64,000 bases of DNA from Mycoplasmatota bacterium (GCA_018394315.1 CP074575.1:682001-746000), one strand, 5' to 3'; positions 10,041 to 20,957 are shown, counted from the first letter of the stretch. Translations and numbers: made by a program. Notes: generated by a model from the letters alone, not told the origin.

Positions 10041-13000
10041 ATGTTATTTAAGGAGAGTGTATTTATGATTATGAAGATGAAGAAATATTTAATACTAACA
10101 CTTGCGATTGTTTTGGGACTAACGATTCCGAAAGCCCATGCTGTGCCAAATAGTTGTAGTATTGAAATAACAGATGGAACTAATACCGCGTATGGTGATG
10201 AAGAATTGATTACGAACAAAGATTCTGTAACTTTGATATACTCTTGTGGCGGAGTTGGTACCGTGAATTATGATGTATATAAAGACGGACTATTTTTGGG
10301 TACAAGTAATGCTTCTGAATCATATGTATATGATATTTCTGGTTTATCTGATACTGGTCAAATTGAATTATATGCCTTGGCGACTGATGATACTGGTAGT
10401 TTAGCTACAAAAACAGTTGACTTAACTATAGATAGAACACCTACTGATGTAGTGACTTCCTTAGCAGTTTCCGATGATGTAGGGGATATTACTGATAGTA
10501 AAACAAACTCTTCTACAATAGATTTAACATGGGTTGAACCTAGCAATGAAACGCCTTCTTATTATAAGGTATATTATAGAAGGGGAATCTCAAATAGGGT
10601 TGATGTTACAAATTCAGCATATGTAAATATAATTGGATTATCTGCAGGAGTTGATATTGGAACTGATGGATTAAATTTGGTTGATGGGGTTTATACTTTT
10701 TCTGTTTCTACAATAGATGCTGCAGGCAATGAGTCTGTTTTATCTAATGTTACATTTGAATATGATACTGATGCTCCTAATAACATTAGCAGTTTAGTTA
10801 TGAAAGATTCATTTGATGAGGTAATACCAATAGATGGGATTGATAATACCGATTCTATCAATTTAAGTTGGCAAGAGCCTACGGGAGAAGATGTAGATCA
10901 TTATAATATTTATGTGAAAGAAGGAAATGGTCTATTTGTCTTTAAAGATAATTCAACAACTAGTGGAAAAGAATTAAGCACAAGTGGATTAAGTGATGGC
11001 AAATTAACCTTTAAGGTTACTTCTGTTGATTTCTCTGGTAACGAGTCTTTTGGAACACAGACTTACTTTACGTTAGATACAGTAGCTCCACTATTCTCTA
11101 TCACTTATGACTTAGGTGGAGATGGTGTAAATACAAATATTGAAAGCCAAGTAATAAATTATGCAGAAAAATCTACAATTGATGTAGTAAATAGTGCAAA
11201 TGATATTGTGAAGTATTCAATAACAACTGGAGTAGCTAATTATAAGAATGGTGATTATCAGGAACTAGAAAGTGCAATTAAAAATGTTTCTTCAGATGGA
11301 TTATATACTGTTAAGGTGAAAGATCTTGCAGGTAATATTAGTAGTTTATCATTTACATTTGATCAGGTATATCCAGACATTCCAAGCAATAGATATATAG
11401 ATGTAACTTCTGTTGATGTAGAGTACCGTAATGGTATACAAGCCGTGGTTACAATAGCATGGGATAAGTCTACAGATGATACCTTGGATCACTATGAACT
11501 ATGGATAAATGGAGAACTTTATAAAGATAATATTGAGCAACCACTTACGGGTACAACTGTAGAAGAGTCATATACGTTGACTACAATTAAGTATGGTGAT
11601 GTTACGAATTATTATGAAGTGCGAACAGTTGATGAAGTTGGTAACTTTGGTAGGTACTATGAAAGAAGACACATAGTAACTGATTTAGTTGAACCAAATG
11701 CGTATATAATTTCAACTAATAGTAGTGATGAAGAAATCTTCTTTACTGTCTATTTAGAGGATAGAAATAGAGTAATAGACCGCGTATATGCAGTTTTATA
11801 TAAAAATGATATATATCAAAGAAAAATATCTCTTACATCTGGAACCAATGAGTACTCGTTTTCGGGATTGGATAGAGATAGTACTGATTATAAAATTAAG
11901 GTTGAAGCTGATTATACATTTGATGGTTCTAACTATGATGATAAGGTAATAAATGCTGATACTGTTTATCTATTAGATACATTAGATCGATTTTATGATG
12001 TGTCCGCTCAAATAGTAGATGCGAACAAGAGTGATACCTCTATTGATTTAACAATAAACTCTGTGAAGGATTCTACATCTAATGAATCAATAAGAGTGAC
12101 GTTACATGATGAAAATGGGAACCCAGTAGATTTTGAAGATGTAGATTTAGATACTGATGATTTAACAGCAACTTCTGAAGTCTCATTTAGTCCACTCATA
12201 GTTGGAGATACATATCAAATCAGAATTACCGAGAATGATGCTATTCTAGCAACATATAATTTCTCGACCGAAAAAGATATGCCTTCATCAAATTTTAAAA
12301 TAAATAATGTTGAACAAAATACTTTGGATGTATCGATAATAATTTCTGATGATGATGGATCGGTTACTGACTTAAGTGTAGTGTTACTTGAAGATGGTGA
12401 ATTGGTTCCAAATAAGTCACAAAGCTTACATGTTGGGACAAATAACGTATCATTTAGTGGATTAGATGAAAATAGTGAATACCAGTTTAAAGTATTTGCC
12501 TCATATAACTTAATGAATGGTAGAGGTGCTGTTGTAGATGATGTTATAGGGATGTATACGCTTTTCACTGCTAAGACAGTACCTACAATTAAAATTGATG
12601 ATATCGATGTTACTGGAAATTCTGTGACGTTCGACTCGAATATTACGGATAGAGACAATGCAATTGTGTCAGTTAAAGCAGTTTTATATGATGGTAACCA
12701 ATCAACAGGAAAAGAATTGCTATTAAATAAAGGAATACTTAATAATAGAGAGTTCTATGGGTTAGATCCAGTTAAGGATTACAGAATTAATATTGATATT
12801 GTGTATGATTTAAATGACAACAATGATCCTGTTACAAATCCATTATTCTATGGGACTGAGTTTAGAACATTAAAAGTTACACCTACAGTAGATGTTAAAG
12901 ATCTTAATCCGACTAACGTTAGTGTTGATTTTTCAGCTATTGTTATAGACCCTAATGATGCTTATATTAATGGATTTATTAAGTTATATTCTACTAATTC

Positions 13001-13907
13001 TAATATTCCTATTGAGATGGTAGCAATTGGAACTACTACCCTAAAAAATGTTACATTTGAGGACTTAAAACCAGAAACAACATATCGTATAAAAGTTGAT
13101 GCTGATATTGATATTGGTGATGAAGATGGAGAAGTAGATAAAATTATCTATACTACTGAATTCACTACCTTACCTAATATTGACGTTAGTATGGAGAATG
13201 TAGAAAAAACTACTAATTCAGTTCACTTCGATGTTGATTTTATAAACAATATTGAAGCTAGAGTAGTTGTTAGATTAAAATTAGAAGAAGATTTACTTGA
13301 AGAAGTCTTGTTAGAAGAAGGACTTAATGCTATAGAATTTGATAATTTATTAGCTAATACTACATATAATATTCTTATTGAATACATGGATGGATCTGGG
13401 GTTTTACTTCAATCACAGATACTAACAGATAGAATAATTAGTTTAACAGTTCCAGAAGTGTTTATAATTCAGAGCTCTCAAAGTGAAGAAAATTTTGTTA
13501 CATTAAGAGTGACTATAGTTGATGTTGATAACACTGTTGATTCAGACAATGCAGAAATAAAAATATGTAGTGATAGTGGATTATGCTCTGTTCAAGAGAC
13601 TAGTTTATTGAACATATCTGAAGGAGTAGAAGTTGAACTTCCTTATCAAAAAAATATAATTACAGTATCGATTTCCTATGATGCGGGAGATCACACGGGA
13701 ACTGTATCAGAATCTACTAACACAATTGAAAAAATAGAGCCTGAGGATCCAAATATAGTTGATCCGGATGAACCCGAAGAGCCAGTAAATCCTAATGAAA
13801 ATCCATTGTTTAACGACACGACATTAGTGATATTAGTAGCTGTTCTTGCATTTAGTTCAGTAACAGCATTAATCTATATGATTGTGTCTAATAGAGCTAG
13901 AAAATAA
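10041..13907 (+). CDS. Large cell-surface protein with Fn3/Ig-like repeats and C-terminal membrane anchor
   Basis: Signal peptide; repeated DxAGNES and FSGLxxxxxY beta-sandwich motifs; Pro/Glu linker; TM plus basic tail; true start probably a Met near 10065-10077. Confidence 0.85.
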   Translation: MLFKESVFMIMKMKKYLILTLAIVLGLTIPKAHAVPNSCSIEITDGTNTAYGDEELITNKDSVTLIYSCGGVGTVNYDVYKDGLFLGTSNASESYVYDISGLSDTGQIELYALATDDTGSLATKTVDLTIDRTPTDVVTSLAVSDDVGDITDSKTNSSTIDLTWVEPSNETPSYYKVYYRRGISNRVDVTNSAYVNIIGLSAGVDIGTDGLNLVDGVYTFSVSTIDAAGNESVLSNVTFEYDTDAPNNISSLVMKDSFDEVIPIDGIDNTDSINLSWQEPTGEDVDHYNIYVKEGNGLFVFKDNSTTSGKELSTSGLSDGKLTFKVTSVDFSGNESFGTQTYFTLDTVAPLFSITYDLGGDGVNTNIESQVINYAEKSTIDVVNSANDIVKYSITTGVANYKNGDYQELESAIKNVSSDGLYTVKVKDLAGNISSLSFTFDQVYPDIPSNRYIDVTSVDVEYRNGIQAVVTIAWDKSTDDTLDHYELWINGELYKDNIEQPLTGTTVEESYTLTTIKYGDVTNYYEVRTVDEVGNFGRYYERRHIVTDLVEPNAYIISTNSSDEEIFFTVYLEDRNRVIDRVYAVLYKNDIYQRKISLTSGTNEYSFSGLDRDSTDYKIKVEADYTFDGSNYDDKVINADTVYLLDTLDRFYDVSAQIVDANKSDTSIDLTINSVKDSTSNESIRVTLHDENGNPVDFEDVDLDTDDLTATSEVSFSPLIVGDTYQIRITENDAILATYNFSTEKDMPSSNFKINNVEQNTLDVSIIISDDDGSVTDLSVVLLEDGELVPNKSQSLHVGTNNVSFSGLDENSEYQFKVFASYNLMNGRGAVVDDVIGMYTLFTAKTVPTIKIDDIDVTGNSVTFDSNITDRDNAIVSVKAVLYDGNQSTGKELLLNKGILNNREFYGLDPVKDYRINIDIVYDLNDNNDPVTNPLFYGTEFRTLKVTPTVDVKDLNPTNVSVDFSAIVIDPNDAYINGFIKLYSTNSNIPIEMVAIGTTTLKNVTFEDLKPETTYRIKVDADIDIGDEDGEVDKIIYTTEFTTLPNIDVSMENVEKTTNSVHFDVDFINNIEARVVVRLKLEEDLLEEVLLEEGLNAIEFDNLLANTTYNILIEYMDGSGVLLQSQILTDRIISLTVPEVFIIQSSQSEENFVTLRVTIVDVDNTVDSDNAEIKICSDSGLCSVQETSLLNISEGVEVELPYQKNIITVSISYDAGDHTGTVSESTNTIEKIEPEDPNIVDPDEPEEPVNPNENPLFNDTTLVILVAVLAFSSVTALIYMIVSNRARK

Positions 13908-13934
13908 GCAGAGATTTCCATCTCTGTTTTTTTT
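13907..13934 (+). terminator. Intrinsic terminator
   Basis: GCAGAGAT-TTCC-ATCTCTGT followed by a T-tract. Confidence 0.75.
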
Positions 13935-13954
13935 CTATTATTCGTTATATTTTC

Positions 13955-13983
13955 TTGACTTTAAACACCAATTTTGGTATCAT
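13955..13983 (+). promoter_or_regulatory. SigA promoter of the tRNA cluster
   Basis: TTGACT-17 nt-TATCAT with extended TG. Confidence 0.7.
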
Positions 13984-14012
13984 ATTTAAGCATTGTAAAA
14001 ATAAATATAGAT

Positions 14013-14089
14013 CGCGGAGTGGAGCAGTCAGGTAGCTCGTTGGGCTCATAACCCAGAGGTCGTAGGTTCAAATCCTTCCTCCGCAACCA
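14013..14089 (+). tRNA. tRNA-fMet (CAT)
   Basis: Cloverleaf; C1:A72 mismatch; GGG/CCC anticodon stem; CAT anticodon; CCA end. Confidence 0.97.
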
Positions 14090-14092
14090 AAT

Positions 14093-14168
14093 GGTCCAGT
14101 AGTGTAGCGGTTAACATGTCGGTCTGTCACACCGAAGATCGCGGGTTCAATTCCCGTCTGGACCGCCA
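14093..14168 (+). tRNA. tRNA-Asp (GTC)
   Basis: Cloverleaf with GTC anticodon, GGTTCAA T-loop, GCCA end. Confidence 0.97.
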
Positions 14169-14171
14169 TTT

Positions 14172-14247
14172 GGCTTCATAGCTCAGTTGGTAGAGCAACG
14201 GATTGAAAATCCGTGTGTCGTTGGTTCGATTCCGACTGAAGCCACCA
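14172..14247 (+). tRNA. tRNA-Phe (GAA)
   Basis: Cloverleaf with GAA anticodon, GGTTCGA, ACCA end; hairpin terminator at ~14263-14286. Confidence 0.97.
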
Positions 14248-14526
14248 TTTAAAGCGAAAAACGAGACTAAGAAGTCTCTTTTTTTATATTCCACTTTCTA
14301 TTACTTCTTATTTCTACTTTTTAATTTCACTTATCCTCATAAGCTAGATTATATCAATCAAAAAAATGTTATCTGTCAATATTAAGTATCGGTGAACATT
14401 TTAACTATTTATGTCCAGTTGAGCACTCTCTTTTTGTGTTACTATTGAATAATTAGGGACTTTTAAATTTATTAATATAAATATACATAGAAAAGTCTAA
14501 GTAGTAATTTCATTTGTTTAAACATA

Positions 14527-14553
14527 ACCTTTCAGTCCTTAAAACATAGAATA
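14527..14553 (+). promoter_or_regulatory. Possible SigK/SigE-type sporulation promoter
   Basis: AC-16 nt-CATAGAATA matches the AC-N16-CATAnnnTA consensus, upstream of the YmaF-like gene. Confidence 0.4.
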
Positions 14554-14587
14554 TAATGAAAGAAAAAGGAAAGGAAGGAACATAGGT

Positions 14588-15282
14588 ATGATTCAATTAC
14601 TACAAAGCCTAGATATGCATACACATAGATTTAAGGGTATCACAAGCACCGAGCGATTACATTATCATAATTTTCATGATGTCACTTACTTAGCTCCAAA
14701 TGTTAGACAACATCATCATGCATATTATACATATACAACGCAAGATTTTAACCATAAACATCTTATGCTTGGAATCACAGGACCTGCTTTATATCGTCAG
14801 GACGGATCACATACTCACAGACTTCAATCTCTTACTAGCATAAATGGAGGAAAACCACATTATCATGAATTCAGAGTAATTACAAGTAGACACTATGTAC
14901 CGCATATTACGCCACCTCCTATAGGCCCACCATCTAAACCCCCAAAACCTACGCAACCAATCGCACCGCCGTCTAAACCAGTTAAGCCCCCAAAACCTAC
15001 GCAACCAATCGCACCACCGTCTAAACCAGTTAAGCCACCAAAACCTACGCAACCAATCGCACCACCGTCTAAACCAGTTAAGCCCCCAAAACCTACGCAA
15101 CCAATCGCACCACCGTCTAAACCAGTTAAGCCAAAAAACCTACGCAACCAATCGCACCACCATCTAAACCATCTAAACCCCCAAAACCTACGCAACCAAT
15201 CGCACCACCGTCTAAACCAACTGAACCACCAAAGCCTACGCACCCAATCGAACCTGCAGAACCAATACAACTAATTGAATAA
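14588..15282 (+). CDS. YmaF-like His-rich protein with Pro/Lys-rich repeat tail; 1-nt frameshift near 15133
   Basis: HTHRFKGITS, HHHAY, HKHLMLGITGP, HTH and HYH motifs; repeat phase is restored by adding one base, giving a stop at 15280-15282. Confidence 0.7.
14926..15262 (+). repeat. Coding tandem repeat, 48-bp unit (PSKPVKPPKPTQPIAP) with shorter variants
   Basis: CCAAAACCTACGCAACCAATCGCACC(A/G)CCGTCTAAACCAGTTAAG repeated; about 7 units including degenerate ones. Confidence 0.95.
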
Positions 15283-15703
15283 CGTAAAACAAGTAAATAA
15301 TGAGACAAAAAATTATCTACATTACAAATCTAATATTCTTCTTAAAAAAAGGTGAACTATATTAGGTTGGGTTGAAAATCCATGTGTGTTTAGATCCTTA
15401 AGAACATAGGTGTTTTTATTTATATCTTAGTAATTATAGGTTCGAGTATTATGTTAATTGCGCTAATGGATTATTTTGGTTTTGGCTAAAAGATATATTT
15501 ACATTATTAGTTATTTACTTGCTAGTTATTATAAGAATATATTTAAGGGACAAAGATCTATAAAACTAACAAAATCGTAATTAATAAATGGGATTGAAAA
15601 TCTTTATGTCAGTTAACTCAATACGTAATTAAAAAAGTGAGAAAATAAATCAATCTCACTTTCTTTTTATAGAGCAAACTTATATTTCAGCCCCCTAAAT
15701 ATA

Positions 15704-15850
15704 TTAGTTTTCTATTTGTCTTTTGAAATAGTGCCAACACCAATATGCACAAACGAAATCCCAACCTTGTTGTCCATAACCATTCATAATTCTGGTTGTT
15801 CTTTCACCTAGTCCCCAAATGAATACACATTTATATTCAAACTTTTTCAT
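15704..15850 (-). CDS. DUF4177-like small protein (48 aa; not in ORF track)
   Basis: MKKFEYKCVFIWGLGERTTRIMNGYGQQGWDFVCAYWCWHYFKRQIEN: EYK...GxxGW..V...YFKR pattern; AAGGGGG RBS. Confidence 0.75.
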   Translation of the reverse strand: MKKFEYKCVFIWGLGERTTRIMNGYGQQGWDFVCAYWCWHYFKRQIEN

Positions 15851-15939
15851 CGAAATACCCCCTTATTTATGTTTGTGATTTCCTTTATATTTTATTTAGG
15901 ATGTTACTTACAGTATACATTGATATTATTAGAATATAA

Positions 15940-16105
15940 AGTATCATTCACAAAGGATATAGTAAAAACTTTTTTGTGAATCAAATAGAATACCGACTTT
16001 AAACATTGTAGGTATGATAAAAATAATGATGACTATGAAACTGCTGAGTCCATTGGATTTAAAAGATATGGTGAGGTATATTGGTTTGGTATAAAAAATG
16101 CTTAA
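15940..16105 (+). pseudogene. Possible remnant of a GNAT acetyltransferase C-terminus
   Basis: Fragment ETAESIGFKRYGEVYWF resembles the GNAT 'AExxGF' motif; upstream frame is disrupted. Confidence 0.3.
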
Positions 16106-16345
16106 ATGATAAGAAACCCTAAAGAACTGGTTCTACATACTTATGCTAGAAAAGTGTTTAGGGATATAATTGCAAGATAAGACAAGTTCATTGTGATATT
16201 AATTATGAGTATTGTATGAAAAAGAAAATCTATGTGTCGCTTAATAACACCTTTACTGGTGTTCTATTTTTAAGATGACAGTAACAACAACCATAAAAGT
16301 TACATATCTATAAATGAATGACGGTATATTGTTAGGAGGTTTACA

Positions 16346-17422
16346 ATGGCATTTAACGTGCTAAATTACTTCATTAGTGGTAATACAGCTAAAGGCTATC
16401 ATAGCCTATTAAAAACAAATATCGAAGATGTCCAGCTAATTGTTTTATTAGGTAATTATCAGAAACTTAAAACTATAATATTTAAGAAGATTATCGAAAG
16501 ATGGAAAAAAAACAAGCACCGTGTAGAGGTACTCCACTGTGCGTCAAACACTGATTACATAGATGGTGTAATTAATAGAAGTATAAATATTGGGATAATT
16601 GATGGAAATAGACAGGAGTTAGAAAGTTTGATTATCGATGATACATTTGATGTTGATGATATATTAGACAGAAAAATAAAAGAAAAAAATATTGAGGACA
16701 TTATCGATTACGAAAACGATATTATAAACAACCATTTGTCAGCATATAAGCATTTCAGTAATGCACTTGCAATTCATGATGAATGGGAAGAAATATACAT
16801 AAATAATATGAACAAAGAAAGAGCTGATCAGTACACTGATGAAGTCATTAGATTATTATTAAAAGAATATACACTTGATAAGTCAGGGAAAGAGAGGCAT
16901 CGATTTTTCGGGGCTGCTACACCTGAAGGACCGATTGACTTCATTGAAGATTTAACTAAGGATATAGGGAAGAGGTACTTTATCAAAGGTAGACCAGGTA
17001 CTGGTAAATCAACTTTACTTAAAAGACTAATACTAAATGCTACAAATAGAGGGATCGACGTTGAGGTATATCATTGTGGTTTTGATCCACATAGTTTAGA
17101 TATGGTGGTTTTGAAAGACTTAGATATTGTTATATTTGATTCAACAGCACCTCACGAATACTTCCCTTCAAGAGATAAAGATGAAATCATCGATATGTAC
17201 GCTAAAATAATCAAACCTGGTACTGATGAAAAATATGCGGACCGTTTAGAAGAAATAATTGAAAGATATTCCAGCGAAGTTAAGCTAGGAACTGATTTTT
17301 TGAAACAAAGTAAAGAACTTATGAAAAAGAAAGATAATTTATATGAGCATGCTGTTAATAAGGGTAATTTAAATAAATTTATATTACAATTAAATTCAAA
17401 ATTAGATGAATATGAAAAGTAA
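16346..17422 (+). CDS. PRK06851-type P-loop ATPase
   Basis: SGNTAKGYHS N-terminus; YFIKGRPGTGKSTLLK; VYHCGFDPHSLDMV; DSTAPH. Confidence 0.85.
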   Translation: MAFNVLNYFISGNTAKGYHSLLKTNIEDVQLIVLLGNYQKLKTIIFKKIIERWKKNKHRVEVLHCASNTDYIDGVINRSINIGIIDGNRQELESLIIDDTFDVDDILDRKIKEKNIEDIIDYENDIINNHLSAYKHFSNALAIHDEWEEIYINNMNKERADQYTDEVIRLLLKEYTLDKSGKERHRFFGAATPEGPIDFIEDLTKDIGKRYFIKGRPGTGKSTLLKRLILNATNRGIDVEVYHCGFDPHSLDMVVLKDLDIVIFDSTAPHEYFPSRDKDEIIDMYAKIIKPGTDEKYADRLEEIIERYSSEVKLGTDFLKQSKELMKKKDNLYEHAVNKGNLNKFILQLNSKLDEYEK

Positions 17423-17709
17423 GTGACTATGGTATACTTACTTTTTTATAACATCAAAATAATTTCAAGTTACTTTCAAAGGTCCACTTTGCTCTATCTC
17501 AATTGAAATTAAGTATTGAACTAATAAGATTGCGAACAAAAGATGGCCGAATAATTTTGAAAGGAGCAAAGGTATATGTGCTTCTTTTTTTCTTGTTTTT
17601 GATGTAAGATACCATCAAATTGTGGAATTTATTTTTTAATCTTAGTAAGATAGTGTTAGTAAAGTAAAATTGTAAGAGTAATCTTGAATTATATACAAGG
17701 GGGAACTTT

Positions 17710-18042
17710 ATGATTATTGTAGGTAAAAATCACCGAGAGTCATGCGAAGTTGATGTAGATAATATCATATATTTTGAATCCAATAATAATGATGTTTTTA
17801 TGTTTGGTTCCTTTGGAAAATTAAAAATCAATCTTAAGTTATATGAGCTTGAAGAGAAACTTATTGATTCAAAATTTGTACAGATTAGTAAATCACATAT
17901 TATAAACATCACAAAGATAATAGGCGTGAGTCAACAATGGAATTCTAGAATTAAACTGAAGGTTGTAAATGATATAACTTTATATGTTAATAGAACTTAC
18001 CTTAAACAGTTTAAGAAGTATATTAGAAAAGGAGTAGAGTAG
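17710..18042 (+). CDS. LytTR family DNA-binding regulator
   Basis: IIYFES...LYELEEKL...FVQISKSHIIN...VNRTY. Confidence 0.9.
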   Translation: MIIVGKNHRESCEVDVDNIIYFESNNNDVFMFGSFGKLKINLKLYELEEKLIDSKFVQISKSHIINITKIIGVSQQWNSRIKLKVVNDITLYVNRTYLKQFKKYIRKGVE

Positions 18043-18043
18043 A

Positions 18044-18772
18044 ATGGTTATTAAATATTTATTGATTTTACTAGTTGCTGTTATAGCAATAATGAGTTAT
18101 CTAACATTTAGAAGGGTTAGACTTGAAAATGACATAATAAAGAAACAAAAATCCTTTGGTGATACATTACTGCATAAAAAAAAGTTTCGTATGCAATATG
18201 GATTTATAGTTCTACTTATAACTTTATCTATAGGATTATATATAAATGCTACTCCACTTTATTTGAAATATGTTGGAATGGGAGTGAGTGCTAGTTGTGC
18301 ATTTAGCCTTGAAGACGATGAAGCGGTCGTTGAAAATAGTGGTAATATATTTATTGCTCGAGTAAATGAATTGAAAGAAACAAAAGAGTTTAGCATACTT
18401 AACGAAGACCATAGTCCACTGGTAGATAAGTATAGATATTCAATTACGTTTATTAATGATTTATTGGGTGATTCTAAACTAAGCAATGAGTTACAAATAC
18501 CTCGAAGTGTTGAATATCCAGGTGTATATGTATCAGATTTATGTATCGAGGATAAAGAAATTGTGGTTGAAGAAGTATACTTATTTTTGGGAGGGTTTGT
18601 AGATAGTGAACAGGCTGAAAGAAATACTGATCCAAGAGATAAAGACGGAAATTACTATTATAGTTTTAAATCAATAGAGTTAAGAGGTTACGATATGAAT
18701 AAACCACTAGAAGAACAGAGTCAAAATATCCAAGATATTGTCAGTTATTTTCAACAATTAATAAATGATTAA
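18044..18772 (+). CDS. Hypothetical membrane protein coupled to the LytTR gene
   Basis: Two N-terminal TMs; starts 1 nt after the LytTR stop. Confidence 0.7.
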   Translation: MVIKYLLILLVAVIAIMSYLTFRRVRLENDIIKKQKSFGDTLLHKKKFRMQYGFIVLLITLSIGLYINATPLYLKYVGMGVSASCAFSLEDDEAVVENSGNIFIARVNELKETKEFSILNEDHSPLVDKYRYSITFINDLLGDSKLSNELQIPRSVEYPGVYVSDLCIEDKEIVVEEVYLFLGGFVDSEQAERNTDPRDKDGNYYYSFKSIELRGYDMNKPLEEQSQNIQDIVSYFQQLIND

Positions 18773-18868
18773 AAACTTTAAAGACTGATAATCTATATAT
18801 AAACATAAGTTGCTAAAGAAACGTGGTATACTATTTATAGTATACTTTTTAATTTGGAGGGGGTTTAT

Positions 18869-19123
18869 ATGAAGAGAATGTTACTGGGTACTATGCTTTT
18901 CTTTGGTGGATTGATAGGAATCTTATCTTTGACAAGTCACTATAACAAGCTACTGATTGCACCAGATACTGTTAACTATCAATCGTTTTACATTTTCCTA
19001 AGCGGAGAAGGATTTACTAATCTGTATAACGGGTTTATTATAATTGCAGTAATAGGATTTTTGATTTGTTTATTTGAGTCATACAAAGAATGCCTTATCA
19101 AAAAAAGACAGAAAAACAAATAA
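18869..19123 (+). CDS. Small two-TM membrane protein
   Basis: GGAGGG RBS before ATG 18869; two hydrophobic helices. Confidence 0.65.
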   Translation: MKRMLLGTMLFFGGLIGILSLTSHYNKLLIAPDTVNYQSFYIFLSGEGFTNLYNGFIIIAVIGFLICLFESYKECLIKKRQKNK

Positions 19124-19442
19124 AAGATCTGATGGTGGCGGCTTAACAGTTTCTCGATGAAAACAATTATGTAGAAAACCCCAAAAATATTGGAGGTATC
19201 TTGAGTATAATAGGTCTAATAGTTGGAGTGAGTTTTTTGAGGGGACTTATACTGTAGTTGTATGGATATTATTGTAAGCTACATGATAACTGAAATATGG
19301 AGTTTCTTAGAATTCTTAGTAGTACTGAACAAAGAATTATTATCATAGATCTGCACTGTTGATTCAGTGCTTTTGCTATGACTTGAATACTACTACATTC
19401 TATGTTAGTATCGACTATATAAAGAATTCGGTAGGAGATATT

Positions 19443-20045
19443 ATGAAAATACTAGATATAATGAGAGAAAGAAGATCAGTTAGGAAATTTAAGGATATAG
19501 CTATAAGCGAAAGTGTTATTAATGATATATTAGAAAGTGCAAAACTCGCTCCTGAAACAGATACGTGTAGATATTACTTTGGCGTAGTAACAGATGATTT
19601 AATAAAGAACGAAATTGCAAGCGCAACACTATATGCTGAATGGGTAGGAAAAGCACCTGTTATTTTTGTTTGTTGCACTGATATTAGTTGGGATATCGGT
19701 GAGCAAAAAGAAGATGATTATGGTGTAATAGGAAATAAACTTAGATATACTGAGGAAGTCGTTAATTTTTTAAGAAAAAATAATAACCGAAAAGCATGTA
19801 AAACCTTAACCCTTTGTACACCGGTTTATATTGCAGCAGAGCATATGATATTAACAGCTGTCTCACATAACTTGCGAGGATGTTTAGTTGACTTTATTGA
19901 TATTGAGAGGATAAATAAAATATTAGAATTACCAGAGCACATTACGTGCCAACTCCTTGTACCTATTGGGGTTGCAGATGAAAAGCCTAAGAAAAAAACT
20001 GTTAAGAGCAGGACTGATATGTTTTTCTATAACAAATGGAATTGA
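19443..20045 (+). CDS. Nitroreductase family protein
   Basis: RRSVRKF, AKLAP, AAEHMILTAVSHNL; RBS AGGAG supports ATG 19443. Confidence 0.9.
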   Translation: MKILDIMRERRSVRKFKDIAISESVINDILESAKLAPETDTCRYYFGVVTDDLIKNEIASATLYAEWVGKAPVIFVCCTDISWDIGEQKEDDYGVIGNKLRYTEEVVNFLRKNNNRKACKTLTLCTPVYIAAEHMILTAVSHNLRGCLVDFIDIERINKILELPEHITCQLLVPIGVADEKPKKKTVKSRTDMFFYNKWN

Positions 20046-20412
20046 GAGTACTATTTTAGAGTAATATTTTAATCATGTGGATTTATATTTGTTGAAAGTA
20101 ATTTTATGGAGTAAATGATGAAGTAGAAAAGTGTCTGGATGAAATAAGGTTACTGTTAGAGAATATAAAAAATAATTGACATAGTATTGATTATTTAGCA
20201 ATTTTAGAATTACAATTATATAAAAGGTTTTAAATTAATTATGTATAATGGAAAATCCGACTGTTTGTAATTAAATATTTGAATAATTGATGTATTTATT
20301 CTAAATATGTTTAAAAATTTTGCTATTTATAATCATTTTGTTTGATAAACGAACTTAAAGTAATTATAATATATAAATAGGATGTAAAATATATAGCAGG
20401 AGGAGTAGAATT

Positions 20413-20631
20413 ATGAGTAGTAACGTTAAAGAATTTGGAGATGCAGTAAGATTTTTTCGTAAAGAAAGAAAAATGTCACAGGAAGAACTAGCTGGGTTAA
20501 GCGGTTTACATAGAACATACATAGGAAGTGTTGAAAGAGCTGAAAAGAACTTAACTATAAAAAATGTATTTAAGATTGCAGAAGCTTTAAGCATTGATCC
20601 GTGTGATTTATTTAAAAAAGAAACTCATTAA
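20413..20631 (+). CDS. XRE/Cro-CI family HTH regulator
   Basis: MSQEELAGLSGLHRTYIGSVERAEKNLT. Confidence 0.9.
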   Translation: MSSNVKEFGDAVRFFRKERKMSQEELAGLSGLHRTYIGSVERAEKNLTIKNVFKIAEALSIDPCDLFKKETH

Positions 20632-20939
20632 ATTCATATAAAATAGACCTCTATCATTAGGGGTCTTTCTTTTGAAAATCTTGCTTTTGACATCATACAG
20701 TTATTAGCTAGTTATAAACTGCAAATTGGCTACTTTAGATAATCAGTTTTTATAAAATGTTTTTGTTATTTTGTGGGTCTAAAATTCAATTTTTACGGTC
20801 TATTTTTAGTCTGTAACATATGTTATGTTAAATTTTTACAATTTTTAAAGATTTAATACTCAAAATATCAAATAATTACAGTAAGTAGCTAAAAAAAAGA
20901 TAATTTTCATCTGGAAAAAACATAGTTTTTGTTGTTATC

Positions 20940-20957
20940 TTGTAACTTATGTTACAA
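20940..20957. promoter_or_regulatory. Palindromic operator upstream of the hydrogenase-rnf operon
   Basis: Perfect TTGTAAC-TTAT-GTTACAA; weaker copy at 20811-20828. Confidence 0.65.

Noticed and set aside
14203..14385. 60-aa ORF
   Set aside because: Overlaps tRNA-Phe and its terminator
14926..15262. Regular repeats as a CRISPR array
   Set aside because: Units are contiguous 48-bp coding repeats with no unique spacers, and no cas genes are in the window
14807..15308. Minus-strand ORFs with Trp/Arg or Gly-rich repeats
   Set aside because: Antisense shadows of the Pro-rich repeat; the plus strand has the RBS and a recognisable domain
20043..20045. Nitroreductase TGA as another Sec codon
   Set aside because: It falls at the normal family C-terminus (FYNKWN), with no Cys-type context or convincing downstream coding
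20413..20631. XRE protein as a restriction-modification controller or prophage repressor
   Set aside because: No methylase, nuclease or phage genes adjacent; a terminator follows directly
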